Shown here: piece after piece, positions 18,594 through 26,758 of the stretch
Layout of the letters: the number at the start of each line of letters is the position of its first letter
How positions within the stretch are numbered: the first letter of the stretch is position 1
NCBI RefSeq assembly: GCF_000299365.1
Contig: NC_018655.1
Coordinates: forward strand, 120,001-152,000
Length of the DNA stretch: 32,000 bases
Direction: 5' to 3'
Origin: Candidatus Nitrosopumilus koreensis AR1
Lineage (GTDB): Archaea > Thermoproteota > Nitrososphaeria > Nitrososphaerales > Nitrosopumilaceae
The notes under the pieces: model-generated
Databases searched by the model: none
What the model was told of the DNA's origin: nothing
The model's input: the letters and a program-made list of their open reading frames with translations, nothing else
Program-made: the position numbers and the translations under genes

Positions 18594-19148
18594 TTATAGT
18601 TTTTTCAATAACACAAATCGTCTTTTTTCAGGCTCAATGTCTTCATGCATATCCACATCACTTACAATTCGTACCTTGTAATTCATCCAACGTTTAACCA
18701 TATTACGTGATTTTTGATTCTCATCAATTTCTTTTTCTACATCATTAAATGTCTCGCAATTCATAATGTATTTTCCTGCAACTCTGTGCATCTCTGAAAT
18801 TCCTTTTTCTAACGTTTCATCATCTAGATAATTTAATAATCCATGAGTAAACACAAAATCTATTGATGAATCTTCAAATGGTAAATCTGAAATGGTTCCT
18901 TTCTTAAAATTGGCTACTGATAATTTTTCCTTTGCAATATCTAATGCGTATTCATTAAGATCAATTCCATGAATCTGAAAAGTATTTGGAAATAATCTTA
19001 AATCAATTCCAGTCCCACATCCAATTTCTAAAACACTTGTACAATGTAGTGATGTGGCAAGATCTTTTGTGAATTTTGCAAATTCTTCATTATATCTTGA
19101 CTCATTTTCATCTGCATATTTTTTCCAAAATTCTTCATTGTAATTCAT
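18594..19148 (-). CDS. Class I SAM-dependent methyltransferase
   Basis: VLEIGCGTGIDLRLFPNTFQIHGIDLNEYAL...ISDLPFEDSSIDFVFTHGLLNYLDD. Confidence 0.85.
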   Translation of the reverse strand: MNYNEEFWKKYADENESRYNEEFAKFTKDLATSLHCTSVLEIGCGTGIDLRLFPNTFQIHGIDLNEYALDIAKEKLSVANFKKGTISDLPFEDSSIDFVFTHGLLNYLDDETLEKGISEMHRVAGKYIMNCETFNDVEKEIDENQKSRNMVKRWMNYKVRIVSDVDMHEDIEPEKRRFVLLKKL

Positions 19149-19185
19149 GTATCTTTTAAGATATGGCAGTATTTGATGCTAATTG

Positions 19186-19347
19186 TTAATGACTACATTT
19201 GCATGGGATGAGCTTTGTATCAAATGTACAGTCGTGAGGACCATCTGACTTTCCTTGTGTTGGAATCTCTTTCATACAGTCTTCATGACGACCTTTTCTG
19301 CAAAACCAACAGATTTCTTGGTTGTCTCCAGTAGCACATGAATCCAT
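19186..19347 (-). CDS. Small Cys-rich, putative metal-binding protein (53 aa), not in ORF track
   Basis: Reverse complement translates to MDSCATGDNQEICWFCRKGRHEDCMKEIPTQGKSDGPHDCTFDTKLIPCKCSH*. Seven Cys including CWFC and CKC pairs; fills the gap between the methyltransferase and aminotransferase genes. Confidence 0.75.
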   Translation of the reverse strand: MDSCATGDNQEICWFCRKGRHEDCMKEIPTQGKSDGPHDCTFDTKLIPCKCSH

Positions 19348-19388
19348 AGTTTCTATCTATTTTTATGGGTAAAAAACCTCGTGGAAGT

Positions 19389-20303
19389 TTAGATATATGT
19401 TAACCATGGCAAGAATCTTTCATCTTTGCCCATCACTACATCAGTAAATGATTTTTGTAGTGCTTTTGTAATGTTGCCCATTTTGCCTTTGCCAATTTTT
19501 ACTTTGTCAATCTGCGTTACGGATTTTACTTCAGCAGCAGTACCTGTCATGAATACTTCATCAGCAGCGTAGAGATCATCTCTTTCTAGATCTCGTTCTA
19601 TTACAAACCCTCCGTTTTCTTCAATGATCTGTATTACGCTATCTCTTGTAATCCCCTCTAATCCTCCTGCAGATAGTGGTGGAGTTTGAATAATGTCATC
19701 TTTTACAATGAAGATATTTTCAGCACTACCTTCAGCAATTTTCCCATGCAAATTCAGCATGATTGCCTCATCATATCCGTTTTCTAATGCTTCCATCCTT
19801 GCTAGTGCTGCGTTTGCATAGTTTGATGCTGCCTTTGCTTGCATTGGCTGGGATCTAGAATCAATTTTTACCCAACTTGATACTTTACATTTTGCTCCTG
19901 AGAATTTTCCAGCTTTTGATTCGCCCATCTTCCATTCCCAACATGAAATAGATGCATCAACTTTGTTCTGTGTTGGGGTTAAACCCATAGTTCCATAACC
20001 ATAATATGCTAATGGTCTAATGTAGCATTCTTTGAGCTTACTTGCTTTTACTGTTTGAATGATCCCGTCAGAAATCTCTTGTTTTGAAAACTGCATTTTC
20101 ATTGAATACAGTTTTGCTGATTTGAAGAATCTATCTACGTGTTCTGGTAATCTGAAAATGGCAGAACCATTTGGTGTATTGTAACATCGTATGCCCTCAA
20201 AAATTGATGTAGAATAATGTAACGCATGAGTTAGAACATGGACTTTGGCATCTTTGAATGGCACTAATTTCCCATTCATCCATATTTTTCCAACTTCTTC
20301 CAT
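19389..20303 (-). CDS. ilvE: Branched-chain amino acid aminotransferase
   Basis: KIWMNGKLVPFKDAKVHVLTHALHYSTSIFEGIRCY...EGLARRA-like AEGSAENIFIVKDD...VFMTGTAAEV. Confidence 0.9.
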   Translation of the reverse strand: MEEVGKIWMNGKLVPFKDAKVHVLTHALHYSTSIFEGIRCYNTPNGSAIFRLPEHVDRFFKSAKLYSMKMQFSKQEISDGIIQTVKASKLKECYIRPLAYYGYGTMGLTPTQNKVDASISCWEWKMGESKAGKFSGAKCKVSSWVKIDSRSQPMQAKAASNYANAALARMEALENGYDEAIMLNLHGKIAEGSAENIFIVKDDIIQTPPLSAGGLEGITRDSVIQIIEENGGFVIERDLERDDLYAADEVFMTGTAAEVKSVTQIDKVKIGKGKMGNITKALQKSFTDVVMGKDERFLPWLTYI

Positions 20304-20399
20304 GGGAGAGGAAAAAAACCATGCTAATTTAAAGAATTATCTTTTGATACTGTTTTTTGTTATTGGAAACTACATATCTGACTAGATTTAAAATGTGAT

Positions 20400-20606
20400 A
20401 TGGAATGGACTTTGGGATATGTCGCAATTGCCCTTCTTGTCATAGGATTAATTGGTCAGGCATTTGAAATGAGAAAAATTCGTCAGACTGCATACAAGGA
20501 TGAACAATTAGGCTCGCCTACAATTTTTACAAATAAGAAAAATTTCAAGTGGTATGGAATTCTTGGAATTGGGATAATTCTTTGGTATTTTGCTGAGCGT
20601 ATGTAA
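20400..20606 (+). CDS. Small membrane protein
   Basis: 68-aa ORF with TM helix at each end. Confidence 0.6.
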   Translation: MEWTLGYVAIALLVIGLIGQAFEMRKIRQTAYKDEQLGSPTIFTNKKNFKWYGILGIGIILWYFAERM

Positions 20607-20607
20607 T

Positions 20608-20625
20608 CTGATCTATATAGATCAG
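20608..20625 (+). promoter_or_regulatory. 18-bp perfect palindrome CTGATCTATATAGATCAG containing a TATA-like box
   Basis: Equals its reverse complement; CTATATAG centre (~20616) lies about 25 nt upstream of the candidate RNA at ~20641. Confidence 0.55.
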
Positions 20626-20640
20626 CTCTAAATACTAGAA

Positions 20641-20757
20641 ACGGCAACATAAAGTATCGCGTGTTTAGGGTAACGCCGGACTGAATCTAGATAATGGTCC
20701 AAGAACAAACCCTTGATGGCGCTACTGGTGTAAAAACCGTACGCCATACTTTCGCTA
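20641..20757 (+). ncRNA. Candidate structured non-coding RNA of unknown class
   Basis: Outer stem AAAGTAT 20651-20657 / ATACTTT 20746-20752 encloses hairpins GCGT/ACGC (20659-20662/20673-20676), GGACT/GGTCC (20678-20682/20696-20700), and GGCG-TAC-GGT/ACC-GTA-CGCC (20718-20745). Possible pseudoknot AGGGT 20667-20671 / ACCCT 20709-20713. Strand assigned from TATA-like element. Confidence 0.5.
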
Positions 20758-22170
20758 AATAAAATTAATTTTTGAAATCTCTTGATGTATCGCACTAATT
20801 GCTTTTCTAATATTGTCTTTTGTATCTTCTACAACAATAACTATTCGTGAAGTTTCTTCTTGCGCATCCATGTTCAAAATATTTAATCCTGCTTCACCTA
20901 TCTTTGCACTTGTTCTAGATGCGACTTGTTGAACTCGCCACATCTCGTCTCCAATTAATGTGATAACTCCTCTGTTGTATGTTATTGTTGCAAGAGAATC
21001 AAATCCCAGCAAATATTTTTCATTTCTTTTCACATAATCTCCATCTAGAAATAATATTCTTGAAAACTCCATGCCGTCTTTTGTAAATGGGGATAAAATA
21101 ATAAATTCACTATAACGTTTGTCTTTGTCTAACGACGTCAACAATCTTTGTATTGATGCTGTCTCAATTCTAAAAATAGCACAATTTTCTTTTCCTGTAA
21201 CAATTTTGATGGGATGTCCTTTTTGCTCATCTAATGTCCGTTTTATTATGGTAATTTTATCTGGATTTTTCATGTTTGTAACTGTGATTGACATGTCAAC
21301 ACCATTTTCTACAATTTCTTTAATTGCTATTGGATCTAATATTTTCATTCCAAACATCCCTGCAAGTCTTGCTTCGTTGTACGATAATTGATGAACTTCT
21401 CTTAATCCTGATTCTATAATTTTTGGGTCAGCTGAAACTACTGCGCTATCTTTCTCAAAATCTATGCTGGTTTCATATTTTTTATGAAACAAAATTCCTA
21501 AATCTGCAGCTGTACGATCAGACCCTCCGCGCTCATATGTAGTCATGACATTGTCTGTTGTTTTTCCGATAAATCCACCTATGGTAACTACCTCATTTTG
21601 TTCCACTATTTTTTCAGTTTTTTCTATTTTTGCACGGGATTCTGATGTTAGAAAATTTGTTGATTCTATGTTGTTATCTGTTATTATGGGCCAATCTTCA
21701 AAATCTATAGATTCGGATTTGATATTGTTACTTCTTAGGATGTAATTCATCACATGAGACATCAAAATCTCCCCTGAAAATGCTAGTGCGCGTGAGCGTA
21801 CTTCGTCAACAAATTCTTTATTCTCAGTTGTCTCGTCTAGTGCTTTTCGGACTTTTTCAAGATTTAAATCAATTATATTTCTACATCTTTCTTTGTTTTC
21901 TGAATTTACCAACTCTAAAATTTTCTGATATGTCGATTTGATGATTTCTAGTGATGGGGCAGTGCCATTTGCAGCATTTTCTCCTTGCTCTAATATTACA
22001 TCTGTTAGTGAACGTTTTTTTCCATTATCAATTGTTAATGGTGCTGAAAAAACTGCAATTACTTTGGCATCCTTTTTCAAATTAGTAATTCTTTGAATTA
22101 TTTTCGGAATGGATATTCCATCTGGGCCTATTGCACTACCTCCAAATTTTGCTACAACCAATTTCGTCAT
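20755..22170 (-). CDS. lysC: Aspartate kinase
   Basis: KLVVAKFGGSAIG, GGFIGKTTDNVMTTYERGGSDRTAADLG, two ACT-like C-terminal regions. Confidence 0.9.
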   Translation of the reverse strand: MTKLVVAKFGGSAIGPDGISIPKIIQRITNLKKDAKVIAVFSAPLTIDNGKKRSLTDVILEQGENAANGTAPSLEIIKSTYQKILELVNSENKERCRNIIDLNLEKVRKALDETTENKEFVDEVRSRALAFSGEILMSHVMNYILRSNNIKSESIDFEDWPIITDNNIESTNFLTSESRAKIEKTEKIVEQNEVVTIGGFIGKTTDNVMTTYERGGSDRTAADLGILFHKKYETSIDFEKDSAVVSADPKIIESGLREVHQLSYNEARLAGMFGMKILDPIAIKEIVENGVDMSITVTNMKNPDKITIIKRTLDEQKGHPIKIVTGKENCAIFRIETASIQRLLTSLDKDKRYSEFIILSPFTKDGMEFSRILFLDGDYVKRNEKYLLGFDSLATITYNRGVITLIGDEMWRVQQVASRTSAKIGEAGLNILNMDAQEETSRIVIVVEDTKDNIRKAISAIHQEISKINFI

Positions 22171-22186
22171 GGTACTTTATCAAAAA

Positions 22187-23209
22187 TCAATGGCTATCTA
22201 TTAAGCTTTGAATAATTTTGGCAGCTTTTGTTGCACCTTCTGTATTGATTTGCTTTCTTCTTTCATCTAATTTCTCTATAATCAGTTTGTCAAGTCTTTT
22301 GATATCTTCAAAAACAAATCCTTGATCTTTAGCATTATCTTCTTGTTCAAAATGGCCTTTGATTGGAATAAATATTGCAGGCGTACCGTACGCATTAGCT
22401 TCATCAATTGTTGATTTTCCTGCAAGTGAAATTAAAACATCTGATGCATAAATTATCTCATGTAAATTGTCTACAAATCCTAAATTTATTACATTTTCAT
22501 AATTTCTGTTAACTGATGGACCAGAAACTAGTACAACTTTAATGTCTTGATTAATTTTTGAAACAGCACCTAATGCTTTTTCAATTAAAAATAATCCTGC
22601 ATCAGTACCTCCAATGGAAATAACAATAGTTTTTTTGTCAAAAGAAAGTTTTTCTCGTAATTGTTCTCTTGTGTGGTTTGTTTGTCTTACTATTGGTCCT
22701 ACTCTTTTGATATTGTCTTTAGAATCTCCAATTTCTGGAATTATTACGCTTTCACATTTTTTTATAATTTCTTGCATTGATTTATTCATCTTTTTCTCAA
22801 TAAATGATGCCAAACCTTTTGTGAAATGTGTCTCTAAAATATCAGTAATGAGGATAGTCGGAATTTTCATTTCTTGAGCTACTGATAGTGATGCAAAATC
22901 CTCATCACTTACCGCCAAACTTGGATTGTCTTTTTGTAAAATCTTCTGTGAGATATTTTTGCAATCTCTATAATATTGATAGTAATTCCAGAGCCATTTT
23001 GCAGGATTTTTCAATATTCCATTTTCAACAGTAAATGAAGGTGGTTTATAGACATCTTCTACTTGAATCTCTAATTTTTTTAAAATTCTTGCAGCACCAC
23101 TACCAGTAACAAAATTTGTTGTGATATTTTGGAAATTACTTTCAATTGCAATGTCTCTTGTTATGTGACCTAATCCTATTGGACTGGAAAAAAAATCTAA
23201 ATGAACCAT
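22187..23209 (-). CDS. MurG/GT28-like glycosyltransferase
   Basis: FFSSPIGLGHITRDIAI...KTIVISIGGTDAGLFLIEKAL...VISLAGKSTIDEANAYGTPAIFIPIKGHFEQEDNA. Confidence 0.8.
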   Translation of the reverse strand: MVHLDFFSSPIGLGHITRDIAIESNFQNITTNFVTGSGAARILKKLEIQVEDVYKPPSFTVENGILKNPAKWLWNYYQYYRDCKNISQKILQKDNPSLAVSDEDFASLSVAQEMKIPTILITDILETHFTKGLASFIEKKMNKSMQEIIKKCESVIIPEIGDSKDNIKRVGPIVRQTNHTREQLREKLSFDKKTIVISIGGTDAGLFLIEKALGAVSKINQDIKVVLVSGPSVNRNYENVINLGFVDNLHEIIYASDVLISLAGKSTIDEANAYGTPAIFIPIKGHFEQEDNAKDQGFVFEDIKRLDKLIIEKLDERRKQINTEGATKAAKIIQSLIDSH

Positions 23210-23287
23210 GAAATTGTTATTTTTTTATCAAATTTTTAGATTCTTACCTTCTCAAAGTTTAAATGGTTTTTAACTACGTTGGTTTCT

Positions 23288-23362
23288 GGGCTCATAGTCC
23301 AGGTCGGTTATGACGTCGCCCTTACACGGCGAAGATCCGGGGTTCAAATCCCCGTGGGCCCA
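23288..23362 (+). tRNA. tRNA-Val (anticodon TAC)
   Basis: GGGCTCA TA GTCC-AGGTCGGTTAT-GAC G TCGCC-CTTACAC-GGCGA AGATC CGGGG-TTCAAAT-CCCCG TGGGCCC A. Confidence 0.95.
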
Positions 23363-23400
23363 TTCCTTTCGAAATCTTATTAATGATAATTAGTATCAAT

Positions 23401-23664
23401 ATGTGGTTCATTTTGGCAAAACGAAAAGTTCGAACTGGTAGAGGTACAAGGATAATCGAAGTCGATGATAAAGACTCTGCTTGGTCGGGAAATGATTTCA
23501 AAAAACTTCAAGAAGAAAGAAAAAAAGCATCCTCGAACAAGTATATCACAGTAGGCCGTGGAACTGCTAAGATTAAGTTTGGTGATATGGAAAGTACACC
23601 AATAAAATCCACTAAAGGCATGTGGATCAGTTCAGGAAGAGGCACTGGAAAAAGAAAACTCTGA
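23401..23664 (+). CDS. Small basic protein with three GRGT repeats
   Basis: MWFILAKRKVRTGRGTRIIEVDD...ITVGRGTAKIKF...ISSGRGTGKRKL. Start at 23401 (or 23383). Confidence 0.6.
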   Translation: MWFILAKRKVRTGRGTRIIEVDDKDSAWSGNDFKKLQEERKKASSNKYITVGRGTAKIKFGDMESTPIKSTKGMWISSGRGTGKRKL

Positions 23665-23759
23665 TAGTAGATACCAAATAATCAATGAATGTACATTCCT
23701 TATCTAATATTGTCAATCAATTTTTAATCAAAAATTAATTAAAAAAATTTAGTTGTCAG

Positions 23760-24107
23760 TTACTTGAAAGAACGCACTTTTCTAACAACTTTGTTGTGAT
23801 CTAGTGAAGCAGTTGTAGTGATATACAGAATATGGTTTCTTCCTGCTGGAATAACTAGTCTCTTGACTTTGTCATATTCTGCAACAACATATTTGCATGG
23901 TCCTAGACTCCTCATCAGTTTTTTGCGTTGCTTCCAATCTTTTGCTGCAGCCTTTAATGATGCTAAGCTCTGTTTCTTTGACACCAAAAGATTTACCTTC
24001 TTAGAACGTGCAGAGAACAATAAATTGCCTTTGAGATCACAGACGCTTACCACTCTTACAGAAGGGCTGATTTTCAAAATCTTTTCAACAGCATCCTGAA
24101 TTTCCAT
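23760..24107 (-). CDS. Conserved hypothetical protein, paralogue of 24240..24611
   Basis: Shares DWKxRKxxxxxLG...YxxxEYDKVKR with the divergent neighbour. Confidence 0.75.
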   Translation of the reverse strand: MEIQDAVEKILKISPSVRVVSVCDLKGNLLFSARSKKVNLLVSKKQSLASLKAAAKDWKQRKKLMRSLGPCKYVVAEYDKVKRLVIPAGRNHILYITTTASLDHNKVVRKVRSFK

Positions 24108-24220
24108 AATAGTAAGAAATCTTTCTAGATGATAAGATTTTCTAAATCAATTTTAAATCTCATTTTTAGTCATTTTCTTAACAAATAGTGCCTGAATCAA
24201 TTTTTTACTTTAATAATTCG

Positions 24221-24234
24221 TGTTCTATAGAACA
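24221..24234. promoter_or_regulatory. 14-bp perfect palindrome TGTTCTATAGAACA
   Basis: Sits 5 nt upstream of the TTG start at 24240, in the intergenic region between divergent paralogues. Confidence 0.5.
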
Positions 24235-24239
24235 TAATA

Positions 24240-24611
24240 TTGGATTACGAAAAATTCTGTTCACAGATTTTGGATGCTGATCCCAAAATTAGATTTGCCA
24301 CAGTTTATGATGAATGGGCAGCTCGTGTAGGTGGCGGTATGAGAGAAGGTTTGAAAAATTTGCTTTCAGATCATGCAGAAAAAGAATTGGTAAATCTCTC
24401 TATATTAGACTGGAAAGCACGTAAAGACATGTCAAAATGGCTTGGAAAAACCATCTATACTCTTGGTGAATATGACAAGGTTAAACGATTCTCATTTTAT
24501 CTTGGTGATGATCATTTGCTTCTTGTAAGTTCTGAAAAAGATAATGATACCAACACTGTAGTTGATGAAGTCATTCGATTATATTATGAAAATCAGGACA
24601 AAAAATCTTAA
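24240..24611 (+). CDS. Conserved hypothetical protein, paralogue of 23760..24107
   Basis: LDWKARKDMSKWLGKTIYTLGEYDKVKRFSFYLGDDHLLLVSSEKD. Confidence 0.75.
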   Translation: MDYEKFCSQILDADPKIRFATVYDEWAARVGGGMREGLKNLLSDHAEKELVNLSILDWKARKDMSKWLGKTIYTLGEYDKVKRFSFYLGDDHLLLVSSEKDNDTNTVVDEVIRLYYENQDKKS

Positions 24612-24635
24612 TTTAGAAACATACTATGAATAATT

Positions 24636-25628
24636 GTGGATAATATATCAAAAAAATTTCTAATTGTATCTTGCTTTGCTTTATTTTCATTGATTTTTCT
24701 AGGCGCAATTTATGCTGGAACAAATGAAATTGCTGTTGGTGCTGGACAAGCTCCGTCATATCCAACATGGATTGGAATTTCATATGTTGCAGGATTGTCC
24801 ATGATTGTACTTCCTTGTACACTTCCATTAGTTTTCATCATAGTTCCACTAAGCATAGGTCAGGGATACAAGAAAGGCCTCTATATGGCATTACTATTTG
24901 GAGCAGGATTAACACTAACAATTTCTGCATATGGTATTGGTGTTGGAATACTTGGACAGACTGCAGAATTAGATCAAATTTCAACATACATGTTTTTGAT
25001 TGCAGGAATTGCAGCTTTTGTTTTTGGTTTGTCTCAATTAAAATTATTGAAACTCAAACTTCCCTCGTATTCTGGAACCCCGAAGTTTATTCAAAAACGT
25101 GGAGATTTTTCAAAATCATTTTTTATGGGATTGTTGCTAGGAAACGCAGGAGTTGGTTGTCCCAACCCATTGTTTTATTGGTTGCTAATTTACATTGCAG
25201 GAACAGGAAGTATTGAAATTGGTGCAAGTTTGGGAGCCATTCATGGGGTTGGAAGAGCAATTCCTCTAATCTTAATGTCTGTGCTTGCAATTGTTGGAAT
25301 CAATGCAACTAAAGGATTGACTAGAAATCAAATTAAAATTGAAAAAGCAACTGGGTGGATGTTAATTGTAATTGGCTCATTTTTGATAATTAATGGATTG
25401 CCAGAGGGTCATGAATGGTATGAAGAAACCTTCATTCACCAAGGATGGAACAAACTTGTTGAACTAACCATGATTCCAGCTGAATTTGAAATGGATGAAC
25501 ACGAACATGCACATGAAGATCAAAATATTTCAAAAGAGATTATACCTTTCATTATAATCAGTTTGATTGGGTTTGCTATAATTTGGTATTTGATTAATAT
25601 GAGAAAACAAGGTACGGTAATGGCATGA
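24636..25628 (+). CDS. CcdA/DsbD-family cytochrome c biogenesis/thiol-disulfide transmembrane protein
   Basis: 330 aa, multi-TM, PCTLPLVFIIVPLSIG and GNAGVGCPNPLFYW Cys motifs. Confidence 0.75.
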   Translation: MDNISKKFLIVSCFALFSLIFLGAIYAGTNEIAVGAGQAPSYPTWIGISYVAGLSMIVLPCTLPLVFIIVPLSIGQGYKKGLYMALLFGAGLTLTISAYGIGVGILGQTAELDQISTYMFLIAGIAAFVFGLSQLKLLKLKLPSYSGTPKFIQKRGDFSKSFFMGLLLGNAGVGCPNPLFYWLLIYIAGTGSIEIGASLGAIHGVGRAIPLILMSVLAIVGINATKGLTRNQIKIEKATGWMLIVIGSFLIINGLPEGHEWYEETFIHQGWNKLVELTMIPAEFEMDEHEHAHEDQNISKEIIPFIIISLIGFAIIWYLINMRKQGTVMA

Positions 25629-25762
25629 AAGATCCTGTTTGTGGTATGGATGTGGGTGAAAAAGGAGAGGCATTATTACATGATGGTAAAGAATATCGAT
25701 TTTGTTGCGCTTCATGTAGATGGGCCTTTGAACAAAACCCTGAACAATTCATTGAGTCATGA
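25625..25762 (+). CDS. YHS-domain-type small protein (45 aa), not in ORF track
   Basis: MKDPVCGMDVGEKGEALLHDGKEYRFCCASCRWAFEQNPEQFIES*. ATGA overlaps with both neighbouring genes. Confidence 0.85.
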   Translation: MKDPVCGMDVGEKGEALLHDGKEYRFCCASCRWAFEQNPEQFIES

Positions 25763-25983
25763 AAGTCCAAGTTCTAACTACTCCTGGCTGTTCTGCCTGC
25801 ACCACACTAGAAAAAATGTTGGACAAACTTAAGATACATTATGACTTGATTGATGTTGCAGAAAAACCTGAATTTTTAGAAAAATATCCTATATTCACTG
25901 TACCTGGTTTAGTGATTGATAATAAATTAGAGTTTGTTGGAATTCCAAAACTTACTGAATTAAAGAAAAAACTTTCTAAATAG
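25759..25983 (+). CDS. Thioredoxin/glutaredoxin-like protein
   Basis: MKVQVLTTPGCSACTTLEKMLDKL...FTVPGLVIDNKLEFVGIP; CxxC plus cis-Pro region. Confidence 0.85.
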   Translation: MKVQVLTTPGCSACTTLEKMLDKLKIHYDLIDVAEKPEFLEKYPIFTVPGLVIDNKLEFVGIPKLTELKKKLSK

Positions 25984-26023
25984 CAAGAAATGTTTTTTAT
26001 ACTGCACAAATTTGATATCTTAA

Positions 26024-26275
26024 ATGACGGATTACTCACTTAATGAAAAAATGATTATTGTACAATATGGGATTAAAAAATATGAAAATGAAGAAACACT
26101 TATCCAAAATTTAAAATCTATTTTTCCTGAAAAAGACATACAAAGGTGTATTGATACTTTGATAGGAACTCAAAAAGTGCGAAGAATTGGTCCTGAAGTG
26201 ATACAAAATAATGAGAGTCACACAGAACTACCTGACATTCCAGATAACCTAAAACCTATAATTGATTCACTTTGA
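26024..26275 (+). CDS. Small hypothetical protein
   Basis: 83-aa ORF, same strand as the redox cassette. Confidence 0.5.
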   Translation: MTDYSLNEKMIIVQYGIKKYENEETLIQNLKSIFPEKDIQRCIDTLIGTQKVRRIGPEVIQNNESHTELPDIPDNLKPIIDSL

Positions 26276-26296
26276 TAAATTTTTAAGTGATATTCA

Positions 26297-26758
26297 ATGT
26301 TGAAACTTATGAATTACAAAGGAATTTTTTTAACAGGTATTTTTACTGTAGTGATCCTTTCAATGTCTACATTTGCATTTGCTCATCCTCATCCTGGTCA
26401 GATACTGATTAATGGCCATACACATGAAACACAAACAGAAATTATTCCATTAAGTGGAATAATGGCACTTGAAAAGTCAACTGTTTTTTTCCATGCACCT
26501 GAAGATAATACTTTGCCATGGGGATTTGTAGAGGGGAAAATTGCAAATCATGTTGAAGGTTATCCTGTCATAATTCAGATTTTTCAAAATAACGATGCAG
26601 TTCATTTTGCTCAGACTGATGTAGGAGAGGATGGAAAATATGAATACAAATTTAGAGTATTACATTCTGAAAATGGAGAAACAAAGAAAATATTTGACGG
26701 GGATTATTCTGTAAATATCTTCAAAGTAGTTTATCTAAACCAAGAAAATTTTATCTAG
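26297..26758 (+). CDS. Secreted His-rich protein
   Basis: Signal peptide ending in AFA followed by HPHPGQILINGHTHETQ; no other family recognised. Confidence 0.65.
   Translation: MLKLMNYKGIFLTGIFTVVILSMSTFAFAHPHPGQILINGHTHETQTEIIPLSGIMALEKSTVFFHAPEDNTLPWGFVEGKIANHVEGYPVIIQIFQNNDAVHFAQTDVGEDGKYEYKFRVLHSENGETKKIFDGDYSVNIFKVVYLNQENFI

Noticed and set aside
20641-20757. Assigning the structured RNA to 5S rRNA, tRNA, twister or HDV-like ribozyme, or a known riboswitch
   Set aside because: None of the hallmark sequences I know for these classes could be aligned by eye, so it is left unclassified.
21119-21745. Plus-strand ORFs inside the aspartate kinase gene
   Set aside because: Antisense shadow ORFs of a confident conserved CDS.
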